Positions 48,579 through 56,669 of a DNA stretch of 64,000 nt are shown piece after piece. Source of the DNA: a virus; IMG/VR virus record IMGVR_UViG_3300042383_000546, positions 1 through 64,000 of that record. One strand, given 5' to 3'. Under the pieces are notes generated by a model. It saw only the letters and a list, made by a program, of their open reading frames with translations, searched no databases and was not told the origin of the DNA. A program made the position numbers and the translations under genes. Position 1 is the first letter of the stretch; the number at the start of each line of letters is the position of its first letter.

Positions 48579-49007
48579 TTATTTTTTTACCCACCTGTTA
48601 GGTCTGTATACCGTTTGTACCGCTTGTAAACCATTTCCTCTTGATTCGGGAGCAGTAAATTTATAAACTCCAAATTGAGTAGTTAAAGTATCACCTAACG
48701 TTGGTTTACCACCTACTGAATACTTTTTCATGGCAGCACTTTCAAAGGCTAAAACCTCTTCTTTGCTATCCATCATACCACCATAAAGATTACTAAATAC
48801 CCTATTTGATGGAATTACAGATGGTTCTCTACTAGGTAGCTTAATACCTCCACCTCCACTTCTAACTACTTCTTCGTAAGTGAGACCGCCTCTATTATCT
48901 TGAGGCTGAGTAACTACACCTTGACCTTTTTGTCCTCTCATCTTGTAGACATAAAATGCTACTGCACCTAAGCCTAAAGCAATTAGAATCTTTTGATTTG
49001 TTGTCAT
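48579..49007 (-). CDS. membrane protein, N-terminal anchor
   Basis: ILIALGLGAVAFYVYK. Confidence 0.7.
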   Translation of the reverse strand: MTTNQKILIALGLGAVAFYVYKMRGQKGQGVVTQPQDNRGGLTYEEVVRSGGGGIKLPSREPSVIPSNRVFSNLYGGMMDSKEEVLAFESAAMKKYSVGGKPTLGDTLTTQFGVYKFTAPESRGNGLQAVQTVYRPNRWVKK

Positions 49008-49223
49008 TTATTTTCTGTTTTTCAAGTAATTATTTCCGTTGTATATAAGTGTAGAAAGTCCTAAAATGAATAAACCAACCCTTATTGGATTGGATAAACT
49101 CTTTTGACTAGCTACATAAAAACAAAAGGGTGAAATTACAAATACGTCTACAAGTCTTATCTGCTGAACAGATAAAAATGGACTATAAGTTGTACTAGTT
49201 TCTTTTTTTGTCATATTATCCAA
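49008..49223 (-). CDS. small two-helix membrane protein
   Basis: IRLVDVFVISP...TLIYNGNNY. Confidence 0.65.
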   Translation of the reverse strand: MDNMTKKETSTTYSPFLSVQQIRLVDVFVISPFCFYVASQKSLSNPIRVGLFILGLSTLIYNGNNYLKNRK

Positions 49224-49605
49224 GTCTCATAACGGGTCTTCTGCCTCTTGAGCCTGAAGCGTTTACTTCTGCTGTTTTCTTTGCAGCAAGAGCAGCACTT
49301 TCCAACTTACCGATTCTTTCAATCACGTCATTGTAAGCACTCTTTTCCATAGCCATCATGAGCCTGAAATATTGAATAGCATAAATACCAACACCCACTA
49401 TCAAAGCAGACACAGATACCTCTACTACGTTAATATCACCAAACCAAGCTCTGATACCGCCACCACTTGTTGTTTCACCGCCTTCTGCCATAGCAGGTGC
49501 AGGTGTAGGAGCAGGAGCAGCCATAGGCATGGGAGCTGCTGCAGGTGCAGGAGCGGGTGTGCTTACGGGTGCAGGAGGGGCACTATTTTCTATTGTTGTA
49601 TTCAT
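49216..49605 (-). CDS. membrane protein with a Pro/Ala leader ending in MAEGG
   Basis: PAPAMAEGGETT, then a TM segment. Confidence 0.7.
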   Translation of the reverse strand: MNTTIENSAPPAPVSTPAPAPAAAPMPMAAPAPTPAPAMAEGGETTSGGGIRAWFGDINVVEVSVSALIVGVGIYAIQYFRLMMAMEKSAYNDVIERIGKLESAALAAKKTAEVNASGSRGRRPVMRLG

Positions 49606-49606
49606 T

Positions 49607-50170
49607 TTAATCTTTTTTCTTTTTAGCTACTAAGTAAATGCCTAGTGCAACGAGTAGTAACCACCAATAACTCTTCTTTTTCTCAACAGGTGCAGCATCT
49701 TCACTACCACCGCCTCCACCACCGCCCATAGGTCTAATTCCTAGATTGGTTGAAGGTAAAATAGGAATAACGGGAATTGCAGGGACTACTACGTTTGTAT
49801 CAGGTTTTGGAGCTGCCGTTGTAGTACTAGTAGTTGTGCTAGTCGTACTATCTTCAGGTCTATTACAATACCTTTGAAACATATCATAAGCAGCCATTGT
49901 TTCATTAGGAGTTGCTGCCCCACCGCCATTTGTAGAAATAAACGTTGCTAAATCGGCACAAAAGGTAGGAGAGCCAAGTTGAGGTAACTGCATACGAGAA
50001 CCCGTACCGCCACCTAGATTGTCTTTAGTTGTATCGTTGGGATTTGATGGGTCACCTTCTAAGCCCACAAATTCAGACTTACCCGTACCAATATCATAAG
50101 AGTGATTTCGAGGTTTTACGAATTTATCTTCTCCCTCAAATACAATGACCTTTTCTTTCCTTTTTGCCAT
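49607..50170 (-). CDS. membrane protein with Thr tract and C-terminal anchor
   Basis: STTSTTTSTTT; YWWLLLVALGIYLVAKKKK. Confidence 0.7.
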   Translation of the reverse strand: MAKRKEKVIVFEGEDKFVKPRNHSYDIGTGKSEFVGLEGDPSNPNDTTKDNLGGGTGSRMQLPQLGSPTFCADLATFISTNGGGAATPNETMAAYDMFQRYCNRPEDSTTSTTTSTTTAAPKPDTNVVVPAIPVIPILPSTNLGIRPMGGGGGGGSEDAAPVEKKKSYWWLLLVALGIYLVAKKKKD

Positions 50171-50175
50171 AATGC

Positions 50176-50295
50176 TTATTTTAATTGGGCTGCAGCTCTT
50201 TTAATAGCGTCAGTCCATTTTTCCCCTTGTTTGCGGATTTTCTTAGCCAATTTAGCAATATCTGCTACATTGATTTTCTTTTTAGCTGTTGCCAT
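50176..50295 (-). CDS. 39-aa basic peptide, possibly DNA-condensing (not in ORF track)
   Basis: MATAKKKINVADIAKLAKKIRKQGEKWTDAIKRAAAQLK. Confidence 0.65.
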   Translation of the reverse strand: MATAKKKINVADIAKLAKKIRKQGEKWTDAIKRAAAQLK

Positions 50296-50313
50296 TTTTA
50301 TATTTTTTAGTGA

Positions 50314-50421
50314 TTATTGACCACTTTTCCAAGCAGAACTGATTACTCTTACGGTTACATAAAGAACCAATAAACTTAAACCAACTCCTACTGCTGTAGA
50401 TACGATACCTTTCTTTTCCAT
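50314..50421 (-). CDS. 35-aa membrane peptide (not in ORF track), paralogue of 41647..41748
   Basis: MEKKGIVSTAVGVGLSLLVLYVTVRVISSAWKSGQ. Confidence 0.7.
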   Translation of the reverse strand: MEKKGIVSTAVGVGLSLLVLYVTVRVISSAWKSGQ

Positions 50422-50493
50422 GATTTTTATTTTTTAGATTTAAAAATAAGTTGTATAAAATTAGCAATTATTTCTAATTACCTATATTTTTTT

Positions 50494-51015
50494 TTATTTA
50501 GCTGTCACGTTTCCACCAAAGCTGCCTTTACCTCCAAAGAAAGCGTCATCCCAAAAGGTTTCTTCGTTTCCTGTGAATGGTTTGTACTCAAATACGTCAA
50601 AACCTGCACTTTGAGGTATATCCCACACCTTTTTAGCTATTGCATCTTCATTACCTGTAAATGAGTGTACATCGTCTTTATTCCTTAGTATTTTGTCTAC
50701 TAAGCCTCTTTTGAGGATTTCTATTCTGTCAAAATAACGCTGCCCGTTTGGCTGAATAGAAGTACCGAACCTTACACCCCAATCATAAGCTATAAGATAA
50801 CTAGACTCACCTCTAAGCACAAATGGCTTACCATTTATTGTTAAATAAGCAATTCCCTTACTATAGTCAATGCTATCAATCGTAATCTTAGGAGACCATA
50901 TGTTGTTTTTATAAAAGGTGTAAAGACCAAAAACAGCCACAACACCTGTAGATATTGCTGCTATCCTTAGAAATGTACTATTTGCTTTGCTTAGTTTACT
51001 TGTTAAATCTGACAT
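50494..51015 (-). CDS. membrane protein with two FTGNE motifs
   Basis: N-terminal TM; start at 51015 avoids overlap with the lysin gene. Confidence 0.65.
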   Translation of the reverse strand: MSDLTSKLSKANSTFLRIAAISTGVVAVFGLYTFYKNNIWSPKITIDSIDYSKGIAYLTINGKPFVLRGESSYLIAYDWGVRFGTSIQPNGQRYFDRIEILKRGLVDKILRNKDDVHSFTGNEDAIAKKVWDIPQSAGFDVFEYKPFTGNEETFWDDAFFGGKGSFGGNVTAK

Positions 51016-51016
51016 A

Positions 51017-51616
51017 TTAAGCCATTGTTGAATGAAATGAATCGAAATGTTTTTGACGGTCAGCCAATCCAATGACCCCGCCATTAACTCGTTTGGTTAC
51101 TGCAAGTACAACTTCGTGACCATGACCCTTATCACAAATATCCCATAATTTGTTGGTATGGAAGAAAAAAGCTGCACTCATAAGTGGGTATTTTGTGGCA
51201 ACTAAATCAGGATTTGCCAAAATATCGTCTTCTACAAACTTATCAAAAGCTGTATAATTATTCTTTCCTGTAAGTTGGATGTAGCCACGACCTCTAAATT
51301 TGTAGCCATCACCACTAGCTTCGTCACCATTACCCATACGGTTGCCATACACCTTGTTTGCAATCTTTTCAGGCTGTCTAGCATACTTTGCAGCTAGTTC
51401 AGTTGTCGGAAAATATTTAGGGAATATCTTACGAAGTCCGTCTGCTGAGTAGTTTAGGTTTTCTTTTGTAAACTTAAAATGACCACTTTCATGACCGCAT
51501 TGAGCCAAGAAGTGACACAACCTCAAAGGATTGGTCACACCAAACTTTTCCATAATTGCAGGTATTTCGTCTAATACTGCCTGTGGTAACTTTGTTCCTA
51601 ATTTTGAAATATCCAT
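51017..51616 (-). CDS. glycoside hydrolase family 19 endolysin
   Basis: HFLAQCGHES, ENLNYS, FRGRGYIQLTGKNNY, TKRVNGG. Confidence 0.9.
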   Translation of the reverse strand: MDISKLGTKLPQAVLDEIPAIMEKFGVTNPLRLCHFLAQCGHESGHFKFTKENLNYSADGLRKIFPKYFPTTELAAKYARQPEKIANKVYGNRMGNGDEASGDGYKFRGRGYIQLTGKNNYTAFDKFVEDDILANPDLVATKYPLMSAAFFFHTNKLWDICDKGHGHEVVLAVTKRVNGGVIGLADRQKHFDSFHSTMA

Positions 51617-51617
51617 G

Positions 51618-52088
51618 TTATTTAATTTGTGAGAATGCAAAAAATGTAAGAAAAGCGAATAGTATACTATTTAGTCTGTGAAGTTTTAGTTCAAATTCTG
51701 TGCTTTTCTCATACTTATTATATATCTCGATGTTTTTATAATACCTATTTTTATAATCGTTCAGCGTGTCAAGATTAACTCTGTTTTGTGCTGTAAGCCT
51801 TTCTTTTAGTGCGTAGTAGTCAATTTTCTGTGTGTTTATTTGCCTATTAATTGACGCTATGCTATCAGTATATCTTTCTACATACTTTTTAAAAGTAAGT
51901 ATAGAGTCTGACTTTATAAAAGACTGCTTTTCAAGTGAATCAATCATGGTATTGATTGCCCTACCTTGTTTCAGGGTAAGAACAATAACACTATCATTCC
52001 CCAATTTTTTAACTACCTGCCCCTTTAATAGAGAAGGGCTTACTATCGTCAATGCTATTAGCAGAGTCAAGTTTAGCTTTAGTTTCAT
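51618..52088 (-). CDS. spanin-like exported coiled-coil protein with C-terminal hydrophobic segment
   Basis: signal peptide; overlaps the upstream lipoprotein-like gene. Confidence 0.5.
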   Translation of the reverse strand: MKLKLNLTLLIALTIVSPSLLKGQVVKKLGNDSVIVLTLKQGRAINTMIDSLEKQSFIKSDSILTFKKYVERYTDSIASINRQINTQKIDYYALKERLTAQNRVNLDTLNDYKNRYYKNIEIYNKYEKSTEFELKLHRLNSILFAFLTFFAFSQIK

Positions 52089-52341
52089 TTAATTGGGTTT
52101 TTAATTGATTTACTTCACTTTTTAATGTCGTTATCTTGTCGGCTGCTTTATCGACTATTTCATTAGCCTTCTGTGCAGCCTTTTGCTGTATCTCACCATT
52201 CTTACTCACATTTTTGTTTGCGTTTTCAATCATGTCGTTAAACTCCAAATCCTTTTTAGTTTCCTCAGTAGGATTTTGAGCACTAATCAATCCACATGAC
52301 ATACTCATGCCGATAAAACAAACAATCAATAGATTTTTCAT
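52009..52341 (-). CDS. lipoprotein-like coiled-coil protein (spanin-like)
   Basis: MKNLLIVCFIGMSMSC signal; coiled coil. Confidence 0.5.
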   Translation of the reverse strand: MKNLLIVCFIGMSMSCGLISAQNPTEETKKDLEFNDMIENANKNVSKNGEIQQKAAQKANEIVDKAADKITTLKSEVNQLKTQLNETKAKLDSANSIDDSKPFSIKGAGS

Positions 52342-52342
52342 T

Positions 52343-52687
52343 CTACGGATTTTTAATCTTATTTAATGATTCAAGCATTTCAAATCTTGCACTAGAAGAT
52401 GCGTTAGAACTATCGAGACTCCTGATAACAATAGTTTTCAAAGAGTCCCTGTATTCTAATTTATCTATTCGTACATTTTGCTGTACCGAATTATTTTCAA
52501 ATATCTTTTTAAGGTCTACATAAACATAAGCTATGCCTGTAACAGCCAAGAATGCTATTGCTGCCGTTGGCTTTTTGGCAAACTCCTTAAAGCTAATTGG
52601 CATTTTAATAGCCCCTGTTGCTGCCTCCACTACGCTAGAAGTCTTCTTTCTAACGGGTGCTTTTCTAGTACTTACTGCTTTTGCCAT
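52343..52687 (-). CDS. holin/spanin-like membrane protein (paralogue of 52693..53010)
   Basis: FAKKP..A..F....GI.YVY.D.K; LEYRDS. Confidence 0.55.
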   Translation of the reverse strand: MAKAVSTRKAPVRKKTSSVVEAATGAIKMPISFKEFAKKPTAAIAFLAVTGIAYVYVDLKKIFENNSVQQNVRIDKLEYRDSLKTIVIRSLDSSNASSSARFEMLESLNKIKNP

Positions 52688-52692
52688 GTCGT

Positions 52693-53010
52693 TTATTTAT
52701 ACGCTGTTATAAAAGCTATTTTATTCATTTGTTCGGGCTTTATAAGAGCCAAACCGCCCTTTTGCTCCAAGTATTGAACTTTGGTAGTCAAAGACGCTAC
52801 AGAGCTATCACAATGCCTTATATGCTCAGTTTTTATGCTGTCTCTATATTCGAGCATTGTTATTCTCTTATCCTGACTATCTGTGTATTTATGAAATGTA
52901 CCTTTCATATCTGCATAAACGTACACTATACCCATAAGCACAATAAATAGCATAGCTACTATTGGGTTTTTTGCGAATGTTTTGTAGTCCATCGGAGATT
53001 TAACTTCCAT
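52693..53010 (-). CDS. holin/spanin-like membrane protein (paralogue of 52343..52687)
   Basis: FAKNP..A..F....GI.YVY.D.K; LEYRDS. Confidence 0.55.
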   Translation of the reverse strand: MEVKSPMDYKTFAKNPIVAMLFIVLMGIVYVYADMKGTFHKYTDSQDKRITMLEYRDSIKTEHIRHCDSSVASLTTKVQYLEQKGGLALIKPEQMNKIAFITAYK

Positions 53011-53030
53011 TATTCCTCAGTTTTAGGTTC

Positions 53031-53780
53031 TTATTTCTTTTTGCCATCCTCTTGAGTGGCATATTTAATACCCATAATTGTTCCAACTATCGAAAAAGCG
53101 TTTGTCAGCAACACACTAAACATATTACTCCAAGTAGAGCCAATTATTTGTGTGTCTTTTCCCGTTATCATAGCCAACCAATATAAAATAGTTGTTACAA
53201 GACCAACTCCAATTATAACAGATAAAGCAACTTTAACAATAGTTTTTATTAACTCACTTTGACTTTTTTTAATCATCACATCCAAATCATTCAAAGCAGC
53301 GTTCTTTTCTATTTCTATTGAATTTTTAAGTTTTTCAGTGTTATCTAATTGATTTTTCAACTCTTTTGAAAGTTGGTCTATTTCTTTTTTGCTATTGACA
53401 TTTTCAGTTATGTCAGTAGCAATTTTCATTATTTTAGTTATAGTGTTGTTTTCATCGAATATAGGATTGTAAGTTGCTTGTAAATAAATAGCACTACCAT
53501 CCATTTTCCTTCTTTCAAACTCTCCTTCAAAGAACTTACCACTTCTTAGTGTTTCCCAAAACTTTTTATACTCTTCTGACTTTGAATATTCGTAACTAAC
53601 AAATATGCTATGATGTTTTCCTACAAGTTGTTTGTGGTCTTCATCTTCATATCCCATAGCACTTAAAAATATTGAGTTCATACCCAATATGTAACCATCA
53701 AGGTCAAAATATATAATAGCATTACTCCTATTTATTGCCTCTAGCCTACTTAGTAACTCTTCCTTTGATAGGTTTCTCAC
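53031..53780 (-). CDS. PAS-domain protein with coiled coil and two C-terminal TM helices
   Basis: AINRSNAIIYFDLDG.I...N..FL...GKHHSIFV...FWETLRSG...ATYNPI...KIATDIT. Confidence 0.85.
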   Translation of the reverse strand: MRNLSKEELLSRLEAINRSNAIIYFDLDGYILGMNSIFLSAMGYEDEDHKQLVGKHHSIFVSYEYSKSEEYKKFWETLRSGKFFEGEFERRKMDGSAIYLQATYNPIFDENNTITKIMKIATDITENVNSKKEIDQLSKELKNQLDNTEKLKNSIEIEKNAALNDLDVMIKKSQSELIKTIVKVALSVIIGVGLVTTILYWLAMITGKDTQIIGSTWSNMFSVLLTNAFSIVGTIMGIKYATQEDGKKK

Positions 53781-53782
53781 AA

Positions 53783-54052
53783 CTAATTTTCCTCAGTTTT
53801 AGGTTCTTCGGATTTTGCTAAATTCTTATTACCAAAAATGGCTTCTGCCCCTGCAATTCCGAGACAGCCAAACGTTGTATACATCAAGCCATTAAATACG
53901 ATTGGCTCAATCACGAACTCTTTGCGGAGAGCACCTGTTACTACGTCTGTTAAGCCATAAACAATCATAGTTACAAATGATATAAAACCCACAACTGTTT
54001 TAGGGTTAATATCACTTTTGTCAGAAAACATTTTAATCAAAAACTGCTTCAT
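53783..54052 (-). CDS. holin-like two-TM protein
   Basis: two hydrophobic helices; ATG at 54052. Confidence 0.55.
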   Translation of the reverse strand: MKQFLIKMFSDKSDINPKTVVGFISFVTMIVYGLTDVVTGALRKEFVIEPIVFNGLMYTTFGCLGIAGAEAIFGNKNLAKSEEPKTEEN

Positions 54053-54056
54053 ATAG

Positions 54057-54365
54057 TTAATTTTTATTTTCAACCGATTTTTTCGTACCAAAATAGTACG
54101 AGAATATTAGTAATACCAATGTCTTAATCAGGTCAAAGAGTTGTTTATCTTGTTCGTCATCTAAGAGTTTAATCTTAAATGCAATAATCTTATCTACGAC
54201 CCAAACACCAACAAGGGCTGTAAATACAAGTAAAATAAATCTTACAAGTATCTCTTGCGTATCATTGGCGAACATTTTGTTCACGAAATACAAAGAGGAT
54301 ATGATAAATGCTAGTCCTAAAAGAACTGCAAAAATCATGACATATTGGTTATTCGAGCTAAACAT
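54057..54365 (-). CDS. holin-like three-TM protein
   Basis: three hydrophobic helices; IFSYYFG. Confidence 0.55.
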   Translation of the reverse strand: MFSSNNQYVMIFAVLLGLAFIISSLYFVNKMFANDTQEILVRFILLVFTALVGVWVVDKIIAFKIKLLDDEQDKQLFDLIKTLVLLIFSYYFGTKKSVENKN

Positions 54366-54393
54366 TAGTAATTAAAATTAAGTATATTTTCGG

Positions 54394-54675
54394 TTACCAT
54401 AAAATTTTGTCTGCGTAAAAACCTGCACTCCCTCTAACGTGCCTGTCCTTTTCGTGCCTCATTTTATATGCCTTTCTCCTTCTTTTTGCGAACTCAAGAC
54501 CTTTTTTCTGTTTCCACAAATGAAAGTCATTCATTCCCAAAGCTCCGATTGAGGCTATCTTTTCACCTTTGGCATTAAAAACATCAACCTTCTTGCCTTT
54601 TACGGTAGAAGGTTTAATGCTTACTCCGAGCCTCTTGGCTGCAGTGTAACTTGCTTTTGATATTTTATATGCCAT
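54394..54675 (-). CDS. Tlr6F/DUF5754-like small basic protein
   Basis: KPST.KGKK...IGALGMNDF...RRKAYKMRH...SAGFYADKILW. Confidence 0.65.
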   Translation of the reverse strand: MAYKISKASYTAAKRLGVSIKPSTVKGKKVDVFNAKGEKIASIGALGMNDFHLWKQKKGLEFAKRRRKAYKMRHEKDRHVRGSAGFYADKILW

Positions 54676-54678
54676 AGT

Positions 54679-55185
54679 CTATTTGTCTTTCAAAACTACC
54701 CTGCCAAGCGTCACTAGAGCTATCACTCCACCTAAAGCCCACCAAACCCAATCTGAACTTTGCTCTTTCTCAATTGCAGGTGCAGGAGTGGGAGTTGGGT
54801 CAGGTGTCGGAGTGGGTGCAGGTGTCGGGGCAGGAGCGGGAGTGGGTACAGGGGGTGTAAGTCCACCTTTTGCAGCCAAATCCTTCTTTGCCTTTCCTTC
54901 TAGCATTCTAGCTGTGTTAGCAGCGTAAACATCTTTATTTTTAAACCAAAGATTTACTTTACCTACTAGAACGTCATCAGCGTCTTCTACTAGTTTTTGT
55001 AATTCCTCTAGTTCTTCTCTTAATTCCTCTTTGTCTTCGTCATCTACGTCATTGAAATCATTTTGTATGTCTACAAGTGATTCATACTGAGTGTAAAAGT
55101 CTTTAATGGCTTTTTTGATTGGCTGTGACATTTGTTCTTTGTCAATGCCTAGTTCTTGGATTTTTTGCTCGAATTTGATGTTCAT
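54679..55185 (-). CDS. acidic coiled-coil protein with PT linker and C-terminal anchor
   Basis: PTPAP repeats; WVWWALGGVIALVTLG. Confidence 0.7.
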   Translation of the reverse strand: MNIKFEQKIQELGIDKEQMSQPIKKAIKDFYTQYESLVDIQNDFNDVDDEDKEELREELEELQKLVEDADDVLVGKVNLWFKNKDVYAANTARMLEGKAKKDLAAKGGLTPPVPTPAPAPTPAPTPTPDPTPTPAPAIEKEQSSDWVWWALGGVIALVTLGRVVLKDK

Positions 55186-55215
55186 TTTGTTTTATTTTAT
55201 TGGTTATGTTTTGAA

Positions 55216-55929
55216 TTATAGTGCTTTGTCCTTATAGATAAGTGCTAAAAACCCGTCTAGACCTAACATTTTAAGTAAATAGCCTCTACTTTCAACAGGT
55301 ACAGAAGACATTTGTGACAGCGTTGTACTATCTATTGGTTCTAAGATTGCTTTTGTTCCTTTACTGATTGCTCTGTTGTAAGCTCCTGCATTGTAAGCAA
55401 CCATAGCTTTATTAAGCTGACCTCCTGAAAGAATTGTAGTAAATCTTTCTAAAAGCCATCTTAAAATCATTGTACCTGCCATTACGTTGAAATTAGCATC
55501 TCTTTGTAGATTAGACAAAATACTACTTCTAAGACCTGCCGTTAAGGTTTTAGCCTTTAATAAATCAGGAACTCTTTGATTTAAAAGATTAACACTCTCT
55601 TGAGGTAATGGGCTATCGACTTCGCTTCTCCATTTTCTAGCCACTTCGTATATAGCCGTTGGTGTTACTTGCATAAGACCTGTAGCTTGAAACCTATTAG
55701 GAGCTGCCATAGTACCGCCACTTTCAGTACCAATAAATCCGATAATCACACCAACAGGTATTTCATACAAAGTAGCCCATTTCTCTATGATTTTACCGTA
55801 GTTAGAATTAATCTGTTGAATCATTTTTATGTTAGCAGCCTTAACTGATGGGGTGCTGTAATTATAAGTCCCTGCCTTAAATGAAGTTTTAATATCAGGA
55901 ACTTTTAAAAATATCTTGGAGTAAGCCAT
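55216..55929 (-). CDS. lytic transglycosylase (SLT domain)
   Basis: IGTESGG, ATGLMQV, AYNAG. Confidence 0.9.
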   Translation of the reverse strand: MAYSKIFLKVPDIKTSFKAGTYNYSTPSVKAANIKMIQQINSNYGKIIEKWATLYEIPVGVIIGFIGTESGGTMAAPNRFQATGLMQVTPTAIYEVARKWRSEVDSPLPQESVNLLNQRVPDLLKAKTLTAGLRSSILSNLQRDANFNVMAGTMILRWLLERFTTILSGGQLNKAMVAYNAGAYNRAISKGTKAILEPIDSTTLSQMSSVPVESRGYLLKMLGLDGFLALIYKDKAL

Positions 55930-55939
55930 CTATATAATT

Positions 55940-56086
55940 TTAAGCGTCTTTGTTATCGTCTTCTACTTCAATGGTAAAAGAACCTTCTTTAATCTTTGTA
56001 GTGTTTTTCTTAGCTACAATTTTAGTGTAAGCAAAGTAGCCTAAACCTAAGATTGCAAGACCGATTACGATGTTTTTTAAATTCAT
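55940..56086 (-). CDS. 48-aa membrane peptide (not in ORF track)
   Basis: MNLKNIVIGLAILGLGYFAYTKIVAKK... Confidence 0.7.
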   Translation of the reverse strand: MNLKNIVIGLAILGLGYFAYTKIVAKKNTTKIKEGSFTIEVEDDNKDA

Positions 56087-56087
56087 T

Positions 56088-56669
56088 TTATTTCTTTTTT
56101 ATGTACAAATATATTCCAAGTCCTAATAGTAAAATGCCTAAACCTAGCCCTTTCTTGTTTTTTCCCACAAATTCCACTATTTGTGCCCTTAGCATTCGTG
56201 CTTTTAGACCTCCCGCATATTCAGATATTTCCTTTTCTGCTTGAGGTGTACCATAAGCTCCAAAACCATAGTATCTTCTCTTTTTAAGTAGTCTTGAAAA
56301 CTCCTCAGGTGTTTTTGCATTTTTCAGTTGCTCAGGGGTTACACCACCCATAGTCTTACTATAAAGCCTAACTATTTTATCGGTAGCACTATCCTGAACT
56401 GAGCGGAACTTTGCATAGTGGTCTGAGTTTTTGCATTCACCACCACTTCTGCAAGATGCACTCCTTTCGTTTGTAGGTGCAAGTGTACCTCTAGTAGCTA
56501 ACGGCTGACCAATGAATTTCATACCGCTAGTATTGTTATTTGCTTTGAATACTGCTGATGTATAGTTAGCACTCTCAAAACGAGCTTGTCCTACCACAAA
56601 CTTAGCTGCAGTAGGAGTAAAGCCCTGTTTAATAGCGGTATCGTATATTATTTGGTCGTAGTTAGCCAT
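56088..56669 (-). CDS. glucosaminidase (GH73-like) with C-terminal membrane anchor
   Basis: QARFES, NNNTSGMK, YAKFRS; GLGLGILLLGLGIYLYIKKK. Confidence 0.75.
   Translation of the reverse strand: MANYDQIIYDTAIKQGFTPTAAKFVVGQARFESANYTSAVFKANNNTSGMKFIGQPLATRGTLAPTNERSASCRSGGECKNSDHYAKFRSVQDSATDKIVRLYSKTMGGVTPEQLKNAKTPEEFSRLLKKRRYYGFGAYGTPQAEKEISEYAGGLKARMLRAQIVEFVGKNKKGLGLGILLLGLGIYLYIKKK

Noticed and set aside
50102-50467. Track ORFs 50102..50320 (+) and 50282..50467 (-)
   Set aside because: They have non-ATG starts and overlap two better ATG-initiated micro-ORFs, one of which has a paralogue.
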